Shown: positions 1 through 9,928, counted from the first letter of the stretch. The stretch: 63,856 bases of DNA from a bacterium (GCA_021824605.1 JAKAKH010000007.1:1-63856), one strand, 5' to 3'. Numbers and translations: made by a program. The notes: generated from the letters alone by a model not told the origin.

Positions 1-1
1 G

Positions 2-802
2 CGTTCCCTGCTCACGCTCGTTGAGTTGCCGTACCGCAAGAATCCGAAAGAACAAAAAACCATCATTGAACTCGAGGCTCGGAAATACATTCCCGTGCCG
101 ATCTCTGAAGTGCAGCTCGATTGGTTTATCGTACCGGAGGAAACTCCTTCGGAGAGCGCCGCGCCGCGGGACAAGGTTTCCGTGCTGATCGTGGCCGTCC
201 ATAACGATGAATTGAAGTTTCTGCAGAGCGTTATCGCGGGAGCGCATCTTGCCGCGAGCTTTTACGAGATTGAGATCTTCAGCACCATCCGCGCGGCAAT
301 CGACGAGCCGGTAAAACCGGTCATGGTGCTCGATATCGGCGCCGCTTCGACAAAAACATATGTGGTCGAACACGGAGTCGTCGCACTGTCGCATACCATA
401 AACGCCGGGGGGCAGGACATCACGCGCGCTATCGCGGTTTCAAGCAATGTGTCTCTCGCACGCGCTGAAGCGCTGAAGAAGGAGGAAGGACTTGGGACCA
501 ATGCCGCTTCCGACTCCCCCGAACTGGTCTTTTCGCGCATTTTCTCGGAAGCGCGACGCGTCCTCATACAATATGAAACGGCGCACAAGAAATCCATCAC
601 CGCAATCGTGCTTACGGGCGGCGGTGGCGTCACGAAAGCGCTCGACGCCTATGCAAAGAGCATCTTCTCGATCGACGTACGTATCGCAGATCCTTTCGCA
701 AAGACCGAAGCACCCGCTTTCATGCGTCCAGTACTCGAGGGAATTGGACCGGAGTTCGCGGTTGCCGTTGGTCTTGCGTTACGCAAGCTCGAAGAAGTGT
801 AA
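2..802 (+). CDS. pilM: type IV pilus assembly protein PilM, actin-like ATPase fold (5' end lies outside the window)
   Basis: The frame is open from the window edge, so the TTG at 26 is not the real start. The C-terminal region is PilM-like (LDIGAASTK, IVLTGGGG). It is the first gene of a pilMNO-BTC gene order. Confidence 0.8.
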   Translation, partial: RSLLTLVELPYRKNPKEQKTIIELEARKYIPVPISEVQLDWFIVPEETPSESAAPRDKVSVLIVAVHNDELKFLQSVIAGAHLAASFYEIEIFSTIRAAIDEPVKPVMVLDIGAASTKTYVVEHGVVALSHTINAGGQDITRAIAVSSNVSLARAEALKKEEGLGTNAASDSPELVFSRIFSEARRVLIQYETAHKKSITAIVLTGGGGVTKALDAYAKSIFSIDVRIADPFAKTEAPAFMRPVLEGIGPEFAVAVGLALRKLEEV

Positions 803-869
803 ACGCGGGAAAAGTTTTGCACACATCGCGCGCTCGGGGCTTGTATGAGTAGCGTATACTGAAAAGGAA

Positions 870-1526
870 ATGGCTCTTCCCCCAACGATACCGACTTCGT
901 TCGTTCCTCATGAGGCGTCCGCATCAGCTCGTCGGTTTCGCGCCGATTACTCCGGTGCTTTCGGTTTCTTCGCTTACGGGGTTCTCGTCATAGCTCTCGT
1001 GCTTGCCATCGGTGTCTTCCTCTACGGTCGCATTCTTGTCGCGACGCAGTCCGCAAAGGACGCAGAGCTTGCGAAAGCCGAAGCAGGAGTCGATCCGGCG
1101 ACCGTAGAAAATTTTATACGATTGCACAACCGCCTCGCGTCGGGAGAAACGCTCCTGGGGAATCACGTCGCGTTCTCAAAATTTTTCACGCTACTCCAGA
1201 CCGTCATGCCCACGACCGTCCGTTTTTCTTCGCTGCACCTCTGGTTCGATAGCACCGGGACGGCAAACGTCGAAGGCACCGGTGTCGCCAAGAGTTTCAA
1301 CGCTCTCGCGGCCGCCTCCGCCGATTTTGCCGCAGACGGCGGCATTAAGAACGCTATTTTCTCGAATATCGTCGTGAGCAGTAAGAATAACGCCGTATCT
1401 TTCGCGTTGGCCGCAACGCTTGATCCGAAACTTGTTGCCTTTTCGCCGGCCGCATACGCTTCCACTACCACGGTACCCGCTTCCGGACTCCCGCAAGGAA
1501 GTGCAGCGAGCACCACATTGCCATGA
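870..1526 (+). CDS. PilN-like pilus assembly protein (single N-terminal TM helix)
   Basis: 218 aa with one TM helix (FGFFAYGVLVIALVLAIGVFLY) followed by a soluble domain. Its position between pilM and the pilO-like gene, and a 4-nt overlap with the next gene, support the call. Confidence 0.6.
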   Translation: MALPPTIPTSFVPHEASASARRFRADYSGAFGFFAYGVLVIALVLAIGVFLYGRILVATQSAKDAELAKAEAGVDPATVENFIRLHNRLASGETLLGNHVAFSKFFTLLQTVMPTTVRFSSLHLWFDSTGTANVEGTGVAKSFNALAAASADFAADGGIKNAIFSNIVVSSKNNAVSFALAATLDPKLVAFSPAAYASTTTVPASGLPQGSAASTTLP

Positions 1527-2074
1527 ACAACCGTATCCTGCCGCTTCTCGCACTTTTTGTTTCCGTCGGTATCTTCTTCGGCTATGTTCATCCGACGTGG
1601 ACCGGCGGGATAGCTCTTACGCAAGCCGCCATCGCTTCTGACAACCAGGCGCTTGCTGCGGCAAGCGCCTACGCAGCGCAACAAAACACGCTTATCGCCG
1701 CGCGCAACGCGATAGATCCGACAGATCTCGCACGGCTTGCAACCTTTCTGCCCGATTCCGTCGACAATGTCGGGATTATCCTTGACCTGAATGCACTCGC
1801 TGCGCGTTCCGGGCTCTCGCTTTCCAATATCGACGTCAGGAGCGCGGCGAATTCTTCCGGTACCGCAAACGGTGCAGTGCCATCTTCTGCGAATCCGGTG
1901 GGTTCGGTCGATCTCTCGCTTTCCGCGTCAGGAACCTATACCGCATTCCAAGCGTTCCTGAGCGGAGTCGAGAGGAGTCAACGCCTTCTTGATGTCCGCG
2001 ATCTCCTCGTAAAGGGATCCGATACTGGTATTTATACCTATCAAATGACGCTCCGCCTCTATTGGCTGCGCTAA
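1523..2074 (+). CDS. PilO-like pilus assembly protein
   Basis: 183 aa with an N-terminal TM helix, a coiled segment and a C-terminal beta-rich domain. It has an ATGA-type overlap with the upstream gene and sits in the pilO position. Confidence 0.6.
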   Translation: MNNRILPLLALFVSVGIFFGYVHPTWTGGIALTQAAIASDNQALAAASAYAAQQNTLIAARNAIDPTDLARLATFLPDSVDNVGIILDLNALAARSGLSLSNIDVRSAANSSGTANGAVPSSANPVGSVDLSLSASGTYTAFQAFLSGVERSQRLLDVRDLLVKGSDTGIYTYQMTLRLYWLR

Positions 2075-2079
2075 TCCCT

Positions 2080-2382
2080 ATGAAACTTAATTCCAATACC
2101 ATCATCATAATCGTTGTCGCGCTCATCGCGGCCGCGGCCGCCTACTGGTATTTCTTCACTGGAACGGGGAATCAGCCACCGCTCTCAGTGAGCACGTCGA
2201 AGAGTCAGGCGCAGACGCGTTTCCAAGTTCTCGCTAATGAACTTCAACCGATCTCCTTCAATACCGGCATCTTTTCAGACCCGCGGTTCAACGCACTGGT
2301 CGATCTCACGACGCCGGTTTCTCCGGAATCCACCGGTCGCTCCGACCCATTCGCTCCGATTGCAGGCGTGAGCGGGATGTGA
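2080..2382 (+). CDS. small membrane-anchored protein of the pilus operon (function unknown)
   Basis: The ATG at 2080 gives MKLNSNTIIIIVVALIAAAAAYWYFF, a TM anchor. The longer track start at 2062 overlaps the pilO-like gene. It lies between the pilO-like gene and pilB. Confidence 0.5.
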   Translation: MKLNSNTIIIIVVALIAAAAAYWYFFTGTGNQPPLSVSTSKSQAQTRFQVLANELQPISFNTGIFSDPRFNALVDLTTPVSPESTGRSDPFAPIAGVSGM

Positions 2383-2397
2383 GCGGAATAATGAGTA

Positions 2398-4170
2398 ATG
2401 AATCTTCTCGGATTGCTTCTTGATAAAGGGCTCCTTTCGTCGACCGACCGTGCGGCAGTCGAAGCCGCGCTCGCAAAAAAAATCCCTCTGGAAAGCGCGC
2501 TCGCCGAGCACGGCATCTCTTTGAAAGACGCACTCGCCGCTGCAGGAGAAACATACGGACTCCCGACGCGCATGCTCGGCGATCCGCCTGCCGCCGAAGA
2601 AGCGTTCAGCTATATTCCGATAGACTCCGCGCGCCACTACGGATTCGTACCGCTCGACCTGGTGGATGGTGCGCTCGAAGTGGGTATTATTGATCCCGAC
2701 AACATCGAAGCGCTCGACGCATTGCAGTTCATCTCGGGACAGACCGGCGTTCCCTACAAGATTTTTCTCATCACCAAACAGGATTTTGACCGCGTATTGG
2801 ATGCATACAAAAACCTTTCGGGCGAGATCGGTAGCGCGCTTTCCGAATATGAGACGACCACGAAGCCTCCGCCCGCCGCTCCCGCCGCCTCGTCCGGGGC
2901 GGAGTCTGTCCTCGACGACAAGCCATTGGTCCTCACGGGTGCTCATGAGGTTTTGAAAGAGGATGCACCGGTGACGAAAATCGTCTCGACGATATTGCGC
3001 TATGCCATTGAGGGACATGCATCCGACATTCACATCGAACCGTCGCCGGGCAAGACGCGCGTTCGTTTCCGTACGGACGGCGATTTGCACACGTCTTTGG
3101 AGCTTCCGGCGAAAATGCACGAAGCCGTCGTCGCGCGCGTGAAGATACTCGCGAAGCTGCGTCTCGACGAGAAAAGAAAGCCGCAGGACGGACGCTTCTC
3201 GGCGGTTGTCGAGAAACGCCGTATTGATTTCCGCGTCTCCACCTTTCCGACGGAATTCGGCGAAAAGGTCGTGATGCGTATTCTTGATCAGTCGGCTACC
3301 ACTGCATCCCTGGAGTCGATCGGGCTTACCGAGGAACAGCTTGCCGCGGTTCGGGGCATGATGAAAGTTCCATACGGCATCATCCTTATCGCCGGACCGA
3401 CCGGTTCTGGGAAATCAACGACGCTTTTCGCGATGCTCTCCGAACTTGATCGCGAGACCGCAAACGTCGTCTCGCTCGAAGACCCTGTCGAATATGAGAT
3501 TCCCGGCGTTGCGCAGAGCCAAGTGCGTCCTGAAATAGGCTATACGTTCGCGAGCGGACTCCGTTCGGTATTGCGCCAGGACCCGGACGTCATCATGGTC
3601 GGGGAAATCCGCGATAAAGAGACCGCAGCGCTCGCCGTGCAAGCGGCGCTTACCGGCCATCTCGTTTTCTCCACCATCCATACCAATACCGCCGCCGGCG
3701 CGATACCGAGGCTCATCGACATGGGCGTCGATCCCTTCCTTGTCGCGCCGACGTTGGTCGCGGTCATCGGTCAGCGTCTTGTGCAAAAACTCTGTACCGG
3801 CGCGGGCAAGCCCTTCGCGATTACGGACAGCGTTAAAGAGTTTCTGGATCGGCAATTTGCGGATCTACCACAGGAGTACCGCAAAAAATTGCCTCCCTTT
3901 AAGGAGTTTTATCACGCCAGCCCGACGTCGGAGTGTCCGAACGGTACGCGCGGGCGCATGGCCGTCTTCGAAATATTGCGTATGGACAAGAAGATCGAAC
4001 AGGTCGTACTCAAAGCGCCGGTCGAGGAAAATATCTACGCCGCCGCGCGCCTGGGCGGCATGCTCACGATGCGTGAAGACGCCATCGTGAAAGCGCTCGC
4101 GGGCCAAATTCCTTTTGAGGAGGTGAATACACTCGGCGGAGAACTCTTCTCAGCAGGGGATAGTGCCTGA
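2398..4170 (+). CDS. pilB: type IV pilus extension ATPase PilB (GspE family)
   Basis: 590 aa with a GspII_E N-terminal domain, Walker A GPTGSGKST, Asp/His boxes and a C-terminal Cys-containing segment (TSECPNGTRGR). Confidence 0.92.
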   Translation: MNLLGLLLDKGLLSSTDRAAVEAALAKKIPLESALAEHGISLKDALAAAGETYGLPTRMLGDPPAAEEAFSYIPIDSARHYGFVPLDLVDGALEVGIIDPDNIEALDALQFISGQTGVPYKIFLITKQDFDRVLDAYKNLSGEIGSALSEYETTTKPPPAAPAASSGAESVLDDKPLVLTGAHEVLKEDAPVTKIVSTILRYAIEGHASDIHIEPSPGKTRVRFRTDGDLHTSLELPAKMHEAVVARVKILAKLRLDEKRKPQDGRFSAVVEKRRIDFRVSTFPTEFGEKVVMRILDQSATTASLESIGLTEEQLAAVRGMMKVPYGIILIAGPTGSGKSTTLFAMLSELDRETANVVSLEDPVEYEIPGVAQSQVRPEIGYTFASGLRSVLRQDPDVIMVGEIRDKETAALAVQAALTGHLVFSTIHTNTAAGAIPRLIDMGVDPFLVAPTLVAVIGQRLVQKLCTGAGKPFAITDSVKEFLDRQFADLPQEYRKKLPPFKEFYHASPTSECPNGTRGRMAVFEILRMDKKIEQVVLKAPVEENIYAAARLGGMLTMREDAIVKALAGQIPFEEVNTLGGELFSAGDSA

Positions 4171-4196
4171 TACGCATGCGGTATACTAATTAGCAT

Positions 4197-4604
4197 ATGG
4201 CATACCGCGTGTATCTCGTTGACGATGACAGATTCTTGCTTGATCTCTATGCCGTTAAGTTCAAGAATGCCGGTCACGAAGTGAGTGCGTTTGGCGGCGG
4301 CGAAGATCTCCTCGCCGCGCTGCGCAAAGAAGGTGCGGTCGTACCCGACGCAATCCTGCTCGACATCATCATGCCTGGCATGAACGGTTTTGAAACGCTC
4401 GAAACGATACGAAAGGAAGGTCTCGCAAAGGGCGCGAAGATCATCATCCTCTCGAATCAAGGCCAAGATTCCGACTTCGAGAAATCAAAAGAACTCGTCG
4501 CCGACGGCTATATCATAAAAGCATCCGCTATTCCTTCCGAAGTGCTTACCGAAACCATGCGCATCATTGAAGCGGGGGCAGCCCGCGCGGAAGAGTCTCA
4601 CTGA
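4197..4604 (+). CDS. stand-alone response-regulator receiver domain (CheY-like)
   Basis: 135 aa with the acidic pocket VDDD, the phospho-acceptor context LLDIIMPGMNG, and a conserved Lys (IIKA). It is inserted between pilB and pilT. Confidence 0.85.
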   Translation: MAYRVYLVDDDRFLLDLYAVKFKNAGHEVSAFGGGEDLLAALRKEGAVVPDAILLDIIMPGMNGFETLETIRKEGLAKGAKIIILSNQGQDSDFEKSKELVADGYIIKASAIPSEVLTETMRIIEAGAARAEESH

Positions 4605-4608
4605 TCAT

Positions 4609-5670
4609 ATGGCTGCCGAAAAACGTCTCGAAGAGCTTCTCAATATCGTTGTTACCGAAGGCGGTTCCGACTTGCATCTTTTTGCCGGCGGATCGCCGGT
4701 GATCCGTGTTTCCAGTACATTGATCCCGCTTACCAAGTATCCCGCGTTTACCGCCGAGGAGACTGAAGCGATGCTCAAGAGCATCGTGCCTCCGGAGCGG
4801 TGGGATTCATTCGGGAAGAATCAGACCATCGACCTCTCCTATGCGCACCGAGCAGACATGCGTTTCCGCGTGAACGGCTACCGCGTGCAGGGCGGGACCG
4901 CCTTGGCGTTTCGGCTCATACCGCATGCTGTCCGCACGTTTACCGAACTCAATCTTCCGTCCGTGCTCGAAGTCTTTACACAACGCGAGCAAGGGTTCTT
5001 TCTTGTCGTGGGGCCGGTAGGGCAGGGTAAATCAACAACGCTCGCCGCGATGATAAACCGCATCAATGATTCGCGCGCAGAGCACATCCTCACCATCGAG
5101 GATCCGGTGGAATACCTTTTTACGCCGAAGAAGTCCCTCATCCATCAGCGTGAAGTCCATATCGATGCGCCGGATTTCGGCACGGCGCTCCAGAGCGCCT
5201 TCCGCGAGGACGTCGACGTCATCATGGTCGGCGAGATGCGCGATTACGAGACCATCTCTTCGGCAGTGACCGCCGCCGAGACCGGCCACCTGGTCTTTTC
5301 CACCCTCCACACCAACAACGCCGCACAGACCATCGATCGCATTATCGACATGTTCCCGTCCGAACAGCAGGGGCAGGTTCGCGTGCAGCTGGCCGGTTCT
5401 CTCGCGGGTATTTTCTCCCAGCGGCTCATTCCGCGGGTTTCCGGCGGACTCATTCCGGCATATGAACTCTTGATCAATAACAATGCGGTGGCGAACCTCA
5501 TCCGGGAAGCGCAGACCCATGAGATAAGCGCGATCATCCAAACTTCTTCTCAGGAAGGCATGATCGACCTTGATCGAATGCTTGCGGATCTCGTGCACCG
5601 GGGCGAAGTGACGGTCGGGCATGTCTATCAGCACGCAATGGATCCGAAAACCTTTGAGCGTTACCTTTAA
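4609..5670 (+). CDS. pilT: twitching-motility retraction ATPase PilT
   Basis: The ATG at 4609 lies 5 nt after the receiver gene's stop; the track start at 4567 overlaps that gene. Walker A is GPVGQGKST, and a PilT-type HTNNAAQTIDRIID motif is present. Confidence 0.9.
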   Translation: MAAEKRLEELLNIVVTEGGSDLHLFAGGSPVIRVSSTLIPLTKYPAFTAEETEAMLKSIVPPERWDSFGKNQTIDLSYAHRADMRFRVNGYRVQGGTALAFRLIPHAVRTFTELNLPSVLEVFTQREQGFFLVVGPVGQGKSTTLAAMINRINDSRAEHILTIEDPVEYLFTPKKSLIHQREVHIDAPDFGTALQSAFREDVDVIMVGEMRDYETISSAVTAAETGHLVFSTLHTNNAAQTIDRIIDMFPSEQQGQVRVQLAGSLAGIFSQRLIPRVSGGLIPAYELLINNNAVANLIREAQTHEISAIIQTSSQEGMIDLDRMLADLVHRGEVTVGHVYQHAMDPKTFERYL

Positions 5671-5682
5671 TTAATAAAAGCC

Positions 5683-6888
5683 ATGCTCTTCACCTACCGA
5701 GCGATCGACCAGGACGGGCACGAACGAGAGGGAACCATCGAGGCTCCTTCCCAGGAGGTCGCAGTCTCCTCGCTCCAGCGGCGCAATCTCATCATATCGG
5801 TCATCGAATCTTCCGAAAAACATTCATTGCTCGAGCTTGAAATCCCGATGTTCAACCGGATTTCAAACAAAGAAATCGTCATACTTTCGCGTCAGATATC
5901 AACACTCTTTGAGGCGCAGGTCTCTGCGCTGCGCGTCTTCCGTCTTCTCGCCTCTGAAGTCGATAACAAAAAACTCGCGACCGTTCTTTCTACAATCGGT
6001 GATGATATTCAGGGCGGGAGCCCGATCAGTAAAGCGCTCGCGCGCCACCCGAAAGTCTTCGCGCCGTTCTACGTAAACATGGTCCGTGCAGGAGAGGAGT
6101 CAGGAAAATTATCGGAAACGTTCATCTACCTCGCCGACTATCTTGACCGCTCCTACGACGTCATGAGCAAGGCTCAGAATGCGCTCATCTATCCCGCCTT
6201 CGTCATCGCGGTCTTCTTCGGCGTTATGGCGCTCATGCTCACGCTCGTCATTCCAAAAATAAGCGCTGTTCTCATCGATTCCGGGCAACCCGTGCCGCTC
6301 TATACCCGTATAGTCATCGGCTTCTCGAATTTCCTTGTCAACTACGGTATCTTTCTGCTCATCGCGCTCATCGCGCTCGGTTTCTATGTGTGGCAGCTTG
6401 GAAAGACCGAACGCGGCAAGCTCATTCTCGACGGCCTAAAGATCTCGGTACCCTATGTCGGCGATCTCTACAAAAAACTCTACCTCGCGCGCATCGCGGA
6501 TAATTTCTCGACCATGCTCATTTCCGGAGTCTCGGTCGTCGAGGCGCTCGATATCTCGGCATCGGTCGTAGGCAATTCCGTCTATGCAAAGGTACTTTCC
6601 GAAGTGACCGCGGATGTGAAAGGGGGTTCCTCAATATCCGATGCTTTCGGCAAGCATCCGGAAATGCCGGGCATCATGGTCGCAATGACGAAAGTCGGCG
6701 AAGAAACCGGCGAGCTCGGGAAAATCCTCATTACGCTCGCCAAATTCTACAACCGCGAAGTGAATAATGCGGTCGATACGCTCGTCGGTCTCATCGAGCC
6801 GATCATGATCGTTCTCTTGGGCGTGGGCGTGGGTACGCTCCTGGCCGCGGTATTGCTCCCGATTTATAATCTTGCCGGAGCCATATAG
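5683..6888 (+). CDS. pilC: type IV pilus platform protein PilC (GspF family)
   Basis: 401 aa with two GspF repeats and three TM segments. It occupies the standard position after pilT. Confidence 0.9.
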   Translation: MLFTYRAIDQDGHEREGTIEAPSQEVAVSSLQRRNLIISVIESSEKHSLLELEIPMFNRISNKEIVILSRQISTLFEAQVSALRVFRLLASEVDNKKLATVLSTIGDDIQGGSPISKALARHPKVFAPFYVNMVRAGEESGKLSETFIYLADYLDRSYDVMSKAQNALIYPAFVIAVFFGVMALMLTLVIPKISAVLIDSGQPVPLYTRIVIGFSNFLVNYGIFLLIALIALGFYVWQLGKTERGKLILDGLKISVPYVGDLYKKLYLARIADNFSTMLISGVSVVEALDISASVVGNSVYAKVLSEVTADVKGGSSISDAFGKHPEMPGIMVAMTKVGEETGELGKILITLAKFYNREVNNAVDTLVGLIEPIMIVLLGVGVGTLLAAVLLPIYNLAGAI

Positions 6889-6996
6889 GGTCTCAGTCCC
6901 GTGCAAAGAAACGATATCTGAGAACTATCCACACCCCTGCTCCCCAGCAGACCCCTCTAGGCGTACAATGGTTCTATTAGCCACATACAACATATT

Positions 6997-7452
6997 ATGT
7001 ACAAAAATCGTTCCCAAGGTTTCACCCTCATCGAACTTCTCGTCGTGATCGCCATCATTGGCATCCTCTCGGCGGTCGTGCTCGCTTCGCTCAACACTGC
7101 TCGCCAGAAAGGCAACGACGCCGCTATCCAATCCGACCTCTCGACCATCCAGACTCAGGCCGAGATCTACTACGGCGGTACGGGTGCGAATAGCTATGGC
7201 ACCGTAGCTGGCACCACCTGCAGCACGGCAAGCACGCTCTTTGCCGATGCGACGATCATAAAAGCGATCAATGGCGCCACGAACGCCGCCGGCGGAGCCG
7301 CGAATATCGTTTGCGGTAACTCAACTTCGGCCTATGCCGTGGAAGCAAAACTCACTGCTCCGGCGACAACAACATACTGGTGCGTCGACTCGACCGGTAC
7401 CGCGAAACAGGAGACCACAGTGTCTGCCGCCGGCTTCACGGTCTGTCCGTAA
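6997..7452 (+). CDS. type IV pilin, copy 1 (prepilin with class III signal peptide)
   Basis: The leader MYKNRSQ precedes GFTLIELLVVIAIIGIL (cleavage/methylation motif with Glu+5). It is 151 aa with four Cys. Confidence 0.9.
   Translation: MYKNRSQGFTLIELLVVIAIIGILSAVVLASLNTARQKGNDAAIQSDLSTIQTQAEIYYGGTGANSYGTVAGTTCSTASTLFADATIIKAINGATNAAGGAANIVCGNSTSAYAVEAKLTAPATTTYWCVDSTGTAKQETTVSAAGFTVCP
7018..7204 (+). repeat. 187-bp segment identical (by eye) to 7501-7687; encodes the pilin N-terminal helix
   Basis: I compared the two stretches directly and saw no mismatch. Identity stops abruptly at 7204/7687. Confidence 0.85.
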
Positions 7453-7479
7453 TTTTCCGTCATTCGCCCCAATCAAATT

Positions 7480-7932
7480 ATGAAAGTACAAAGGCAACGC
7501 GGTTTCACCCTCATCGAACTTCTCGTCGTGATCGCCATCATTGGCATCCTCTCGGCGGTCGTGCTCGCTTCGCTCAACACTGCTCGCCAGAAAGGCAACG
7601 ACGCCGCTATCCAATCCGACCTCTCGACCATCCAGACTCAGGCCGAGATCTACTACGGCGGTACGGGTGCGAATAGCTATGGCACCGCGCAATCGGCTTC
7701 CTGCGCTGCGACAGCAGGCACGCTCTGGTCGGATCCGACGATCGTCAAGGCCGTTACGGGCGCCCAGAACGCTTCGGGTGCAGCCGCAAACGTTGTGTGT
7801 AACAGCACGGCGACCGCCTATGCGATATCGGCTCAGCTCACGGCAGTAAGCGGTACGTACTGGTGCGTCGACTCGACCGGTACCGCGAAACAGGAGACCG
7901 CCGCACTCGGTACTCTCACAGCCTGTCAGTAA
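7480..7932 (+). CDS. type IV pilin, copy 2 (tandem paralogue)
   Basis: The leader MKVQRQR precedes GFTLIELLVV. It is 150 aa. The 5' and 3' coding segments are identical to copy 1 at the DNA level, and the middle is divergent. Confidence 0.9.
   Translation: MKVQRQRGFTLIELLVVIAIIGILSAVVLASLNTARQKGNDAAIQSDLSTIQTQAEIYYGGTGANSYGTAQSASCAATAGTLWSDPTIVKAVTGAQNASGAAANVVCNSTATAYAISAQLTAVSGTYWCVDSTGTAKQETAALGTLTACQ
7501..7687 (+). repeat. second copy of the 187-bp pilin N-terminal repeat
   Basis: See 7018-7204. A second 42-bp identical block lies at 7385-7426 and 7858-7899. Confidence 0.85.
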
Positions 7933-7952
7933 ATTATTTTCGGTGCGCGCGT

Positions 7953-7983
7953 CAGAAGCCCGCGGCTGTGCCGCGGGCTTCTG
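7953..7983 (+). terminator. perfect 13-bp GC-rich hairpin after pilin copy 2 (probable attenuating terminator before pilD)
   Basis: CAGAAGCCCGCGG ctgtg CCGCGGGCTTCTG. There is no strong T-tract, so termination is probably partial. Confidence 0.55.
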
Positions 7984-7996
7984 CTATGATGCGTAC

Positions 7997-8758
7997 ATGC
8001 TTTTTCTCGTCACGATCCTATTTTTCGTGCTCGGGACTATCGTGGCAAGTTTCGTCGGCGTGTTTGTCGCGCGTCTCAATACCGGTCAGAGTTTTCTCAT
8101 CGGCCGTTCCCGCTGCGATGCTTGCGGCGCGCCGCTTTCGGCATTCTCGCTTTTCCCGATTATCTCGTATGTCGCGCTTGGCGCTCGTGCGCGTTGCTGT
8201 GGCGCGCGCCTCTCATTCTTCGCGCCTCTCATGGAATTTATCTTAGGAGGACTTTTTGCGCTTGCGTATCTCAAAATCGGTTTTATCACCGCACTGCCGC
8301 TCATGCTTTTCTCTCTTTCGACGCTCCTCGCGCTTGTCCTCTACGACCTTGCCCACCAGATACTCCCGCCCGCGCTCCTCGGAGCGTTCGTTCTCGCGAG
8401 CGCTTGCACGGGATTTTTCCTGGCGGATGACACAAGCGCATTCGGCGTTTCGCTCATGGTCGCCGGCACTTTCGCGCTTTTTTTGGCGCTCATCAACCTT
8501 CTCTCGCGCGGACGGGCGATGGGACTCGCCGACGCGCCATTTGTATTCGGTCTCGCACTCCTTACGGGCCCCGCCGCATTCGCCGGTTTCATCTCATCGT
8601 TTTGGATCGGTGCGGTTATAGGGATAGTCATGTTGGCACGGAGACCGCGAGGTTCTAGAATGGGAGTTGAGGTACCGTTTGCACCCTTTCTCGCCGCCGG
8701 TTTCCTCCTCATGTACTTTACTCAATGGAATCCTCTCATCATCGCGGCTTTACGCTGA
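7997..8758 (+). CDS. pilD: prepilin peptidase PilD (A24 family)
   Basis: The ATG at 7997 lies after the hairpin; the track start at 7943 would run through it. The protein is polytopic, with an N-terminal CDAC...CCG Cys cluster and A24-type Asp-containing loops. Confidence 0.85.
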   Translation: MLFLVTILFFVLGTIVASFVGVFVARLNTGQSFLIGRSRCDACGAPLSAFSLFPIISYVALGARARCCGARLSFFAPLMEFILGGLFALAYLKIGFITALPLMLFSLSTLLALVLYDLAHQILPPALLGAFVLASACTGFFLADDTSAFGVSLMVAGTFALFLALINLLSRGRAMGLADAPFVFGLALLTGPAAFAGFISSFWIGAVIGIVMLARRPRGSRMGVEVPFAPFLAAGFLLMYFTQWNPLIIAALR

Positions 8759-9390
8759 TCGAACTTCTGGTCGTGTTGGCGATCATGGTCATCATCACCG
8801 CAGTCGTACTGACCAGCCAAAGCTCTTTCAATAAGACGCTCATCCTTGCGAATACCGCATACGATGTGGCGCTCACGTTGCGCAGCGCCGAGACCTATGG
8901 CCTGGGCAATCGCGTGGCCGGGACCGTAGAAAACGCGGGATACGGTCTCGATTTCCAAAGAGCGGCGCCAGGTTCCTTCACTCTTTTTGCCGATACGTAC
9001 CCGCCGCCTTCATCAACAAGCTGCCACCCGACCTCTGACCCGACGGCCCCGAACGCCCGACCGGGCGACTGCGTATATGAAGCGAGCCAGGGCGAGAAAG
9101 TTACTGGTTATACGCTCGGAAATGGTATTACGGTGAGTGATTTCTGCGCCTACACGCCGAACACGCTGTCGTGGTCGTGCGCGAATTCCGGAAATCAAGC
9201 GCTCTCGACGCTCGATATTATTTTCTCGCGTCCGAATCCCGATCCGTTCATGAGCGTAAACGGCGCTTATTCCGCCTCGTCTCCCGTAACGCAAGCATGT
9301 CTCACCCTCTCCTCTCCGCAGGGCGGCTCGCGTTTCATTTCAGTCGGCGCGTCGGGAGAAATAAACGCGACCGCCCTCTCATGTCCATGA
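8725..9390 (+). CDS. minor pilin / pseudopilin
   Basis: MESSHHRGFTLIELLVVLAIMVI is a prepilin motif. It overlaps the pilD end by 34 nt. Confidence 0.8.
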   Translation: MESSHHRGFTLIELLVVLAIMVIITAVVLTSQSSFNKTLILANTAYDVALTLRSAETYGLGNRVAGTVENAGYGLDFQRAAPGSFTLFADTYPPPSSTSCHPTSDPTAPNARPGDCVYEASQGEKVTGYTLGNGITVSDFCAYTPNTLSWSCANSGNQALSTLDIIFSRPNPDPFMSVNGAYSASSPVTQACLTLSSPQGGSRFISVGASGEINATALSCP

Positions 9391-9905
9391 CCCGCTCCAG
9401 AGGCTACACACTCATCGAACTCATTGTCGCTATGGGGCTCTTTTCGCTTGTCATGCTGCTGGCTTCGGGCGCCTACCTCATTCTGATCGGTGCCAACCGG
9501 CAGGCGCAGGCCATTTCTACCGGTATCGACAATCTTTCTTTCGCTCTTGAGAGTATGACGCGTAGCATCCGTACCGGCACGAACTATAACTGCGGCGGCC
9601 TAGGCGATTGCCCCAGTGGCGCCAGCAGTTTTTCTCTCGTGGACGATAACGGCGTGTCGGTCACATACAGCCTTGTCGGATCCGCAATCCAAAAAATGAC
9701 GGGCAATACGGCAAGCACATTGACTGACCCTTCGGTGACTATTTCGTCGCTTACGTTCTATGCGTTTGGTACGCATCCGGTGCCGACCGATTACCAGCAG
9801 GCGCGCGTTACCATCATCGTCTCCGGCACTGTCTCTTCCGGCCCGGGGAAAACAGAACCGTTTACGATTGAGACTGGCGCGACAATGCGTGGCTCCGACA
9901 TATGA
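9387..9905 (+). CDS. minor pilin / pseudopilin
   Basis: The ATG at 9387 overlaps the upstream stop (ATGA). The product starts MTRSRGYTLIELIVAMGLF. The upstream part of the longer track ORF (9171) overlaps the previous gene. Confidence 0.8.
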   Translation: MTRSRGYTLIELIVAMGLFSLVMLLASGAYLILIGANRQAQAISTGIDNLSFALESMTRSIRTGTNYNCGGLGDCPSGASSFSLVDDNGVSVTYSLVGSAIQKMTGNTASTLTDPSVTISSLTFYAFGTHPVPTDYQQARVTIIVSGTVSSGPGKTEPFTIETGATMRGSDI

Positions 9906-9928
9906 GTATGAAAACCATCCGCGAACTT

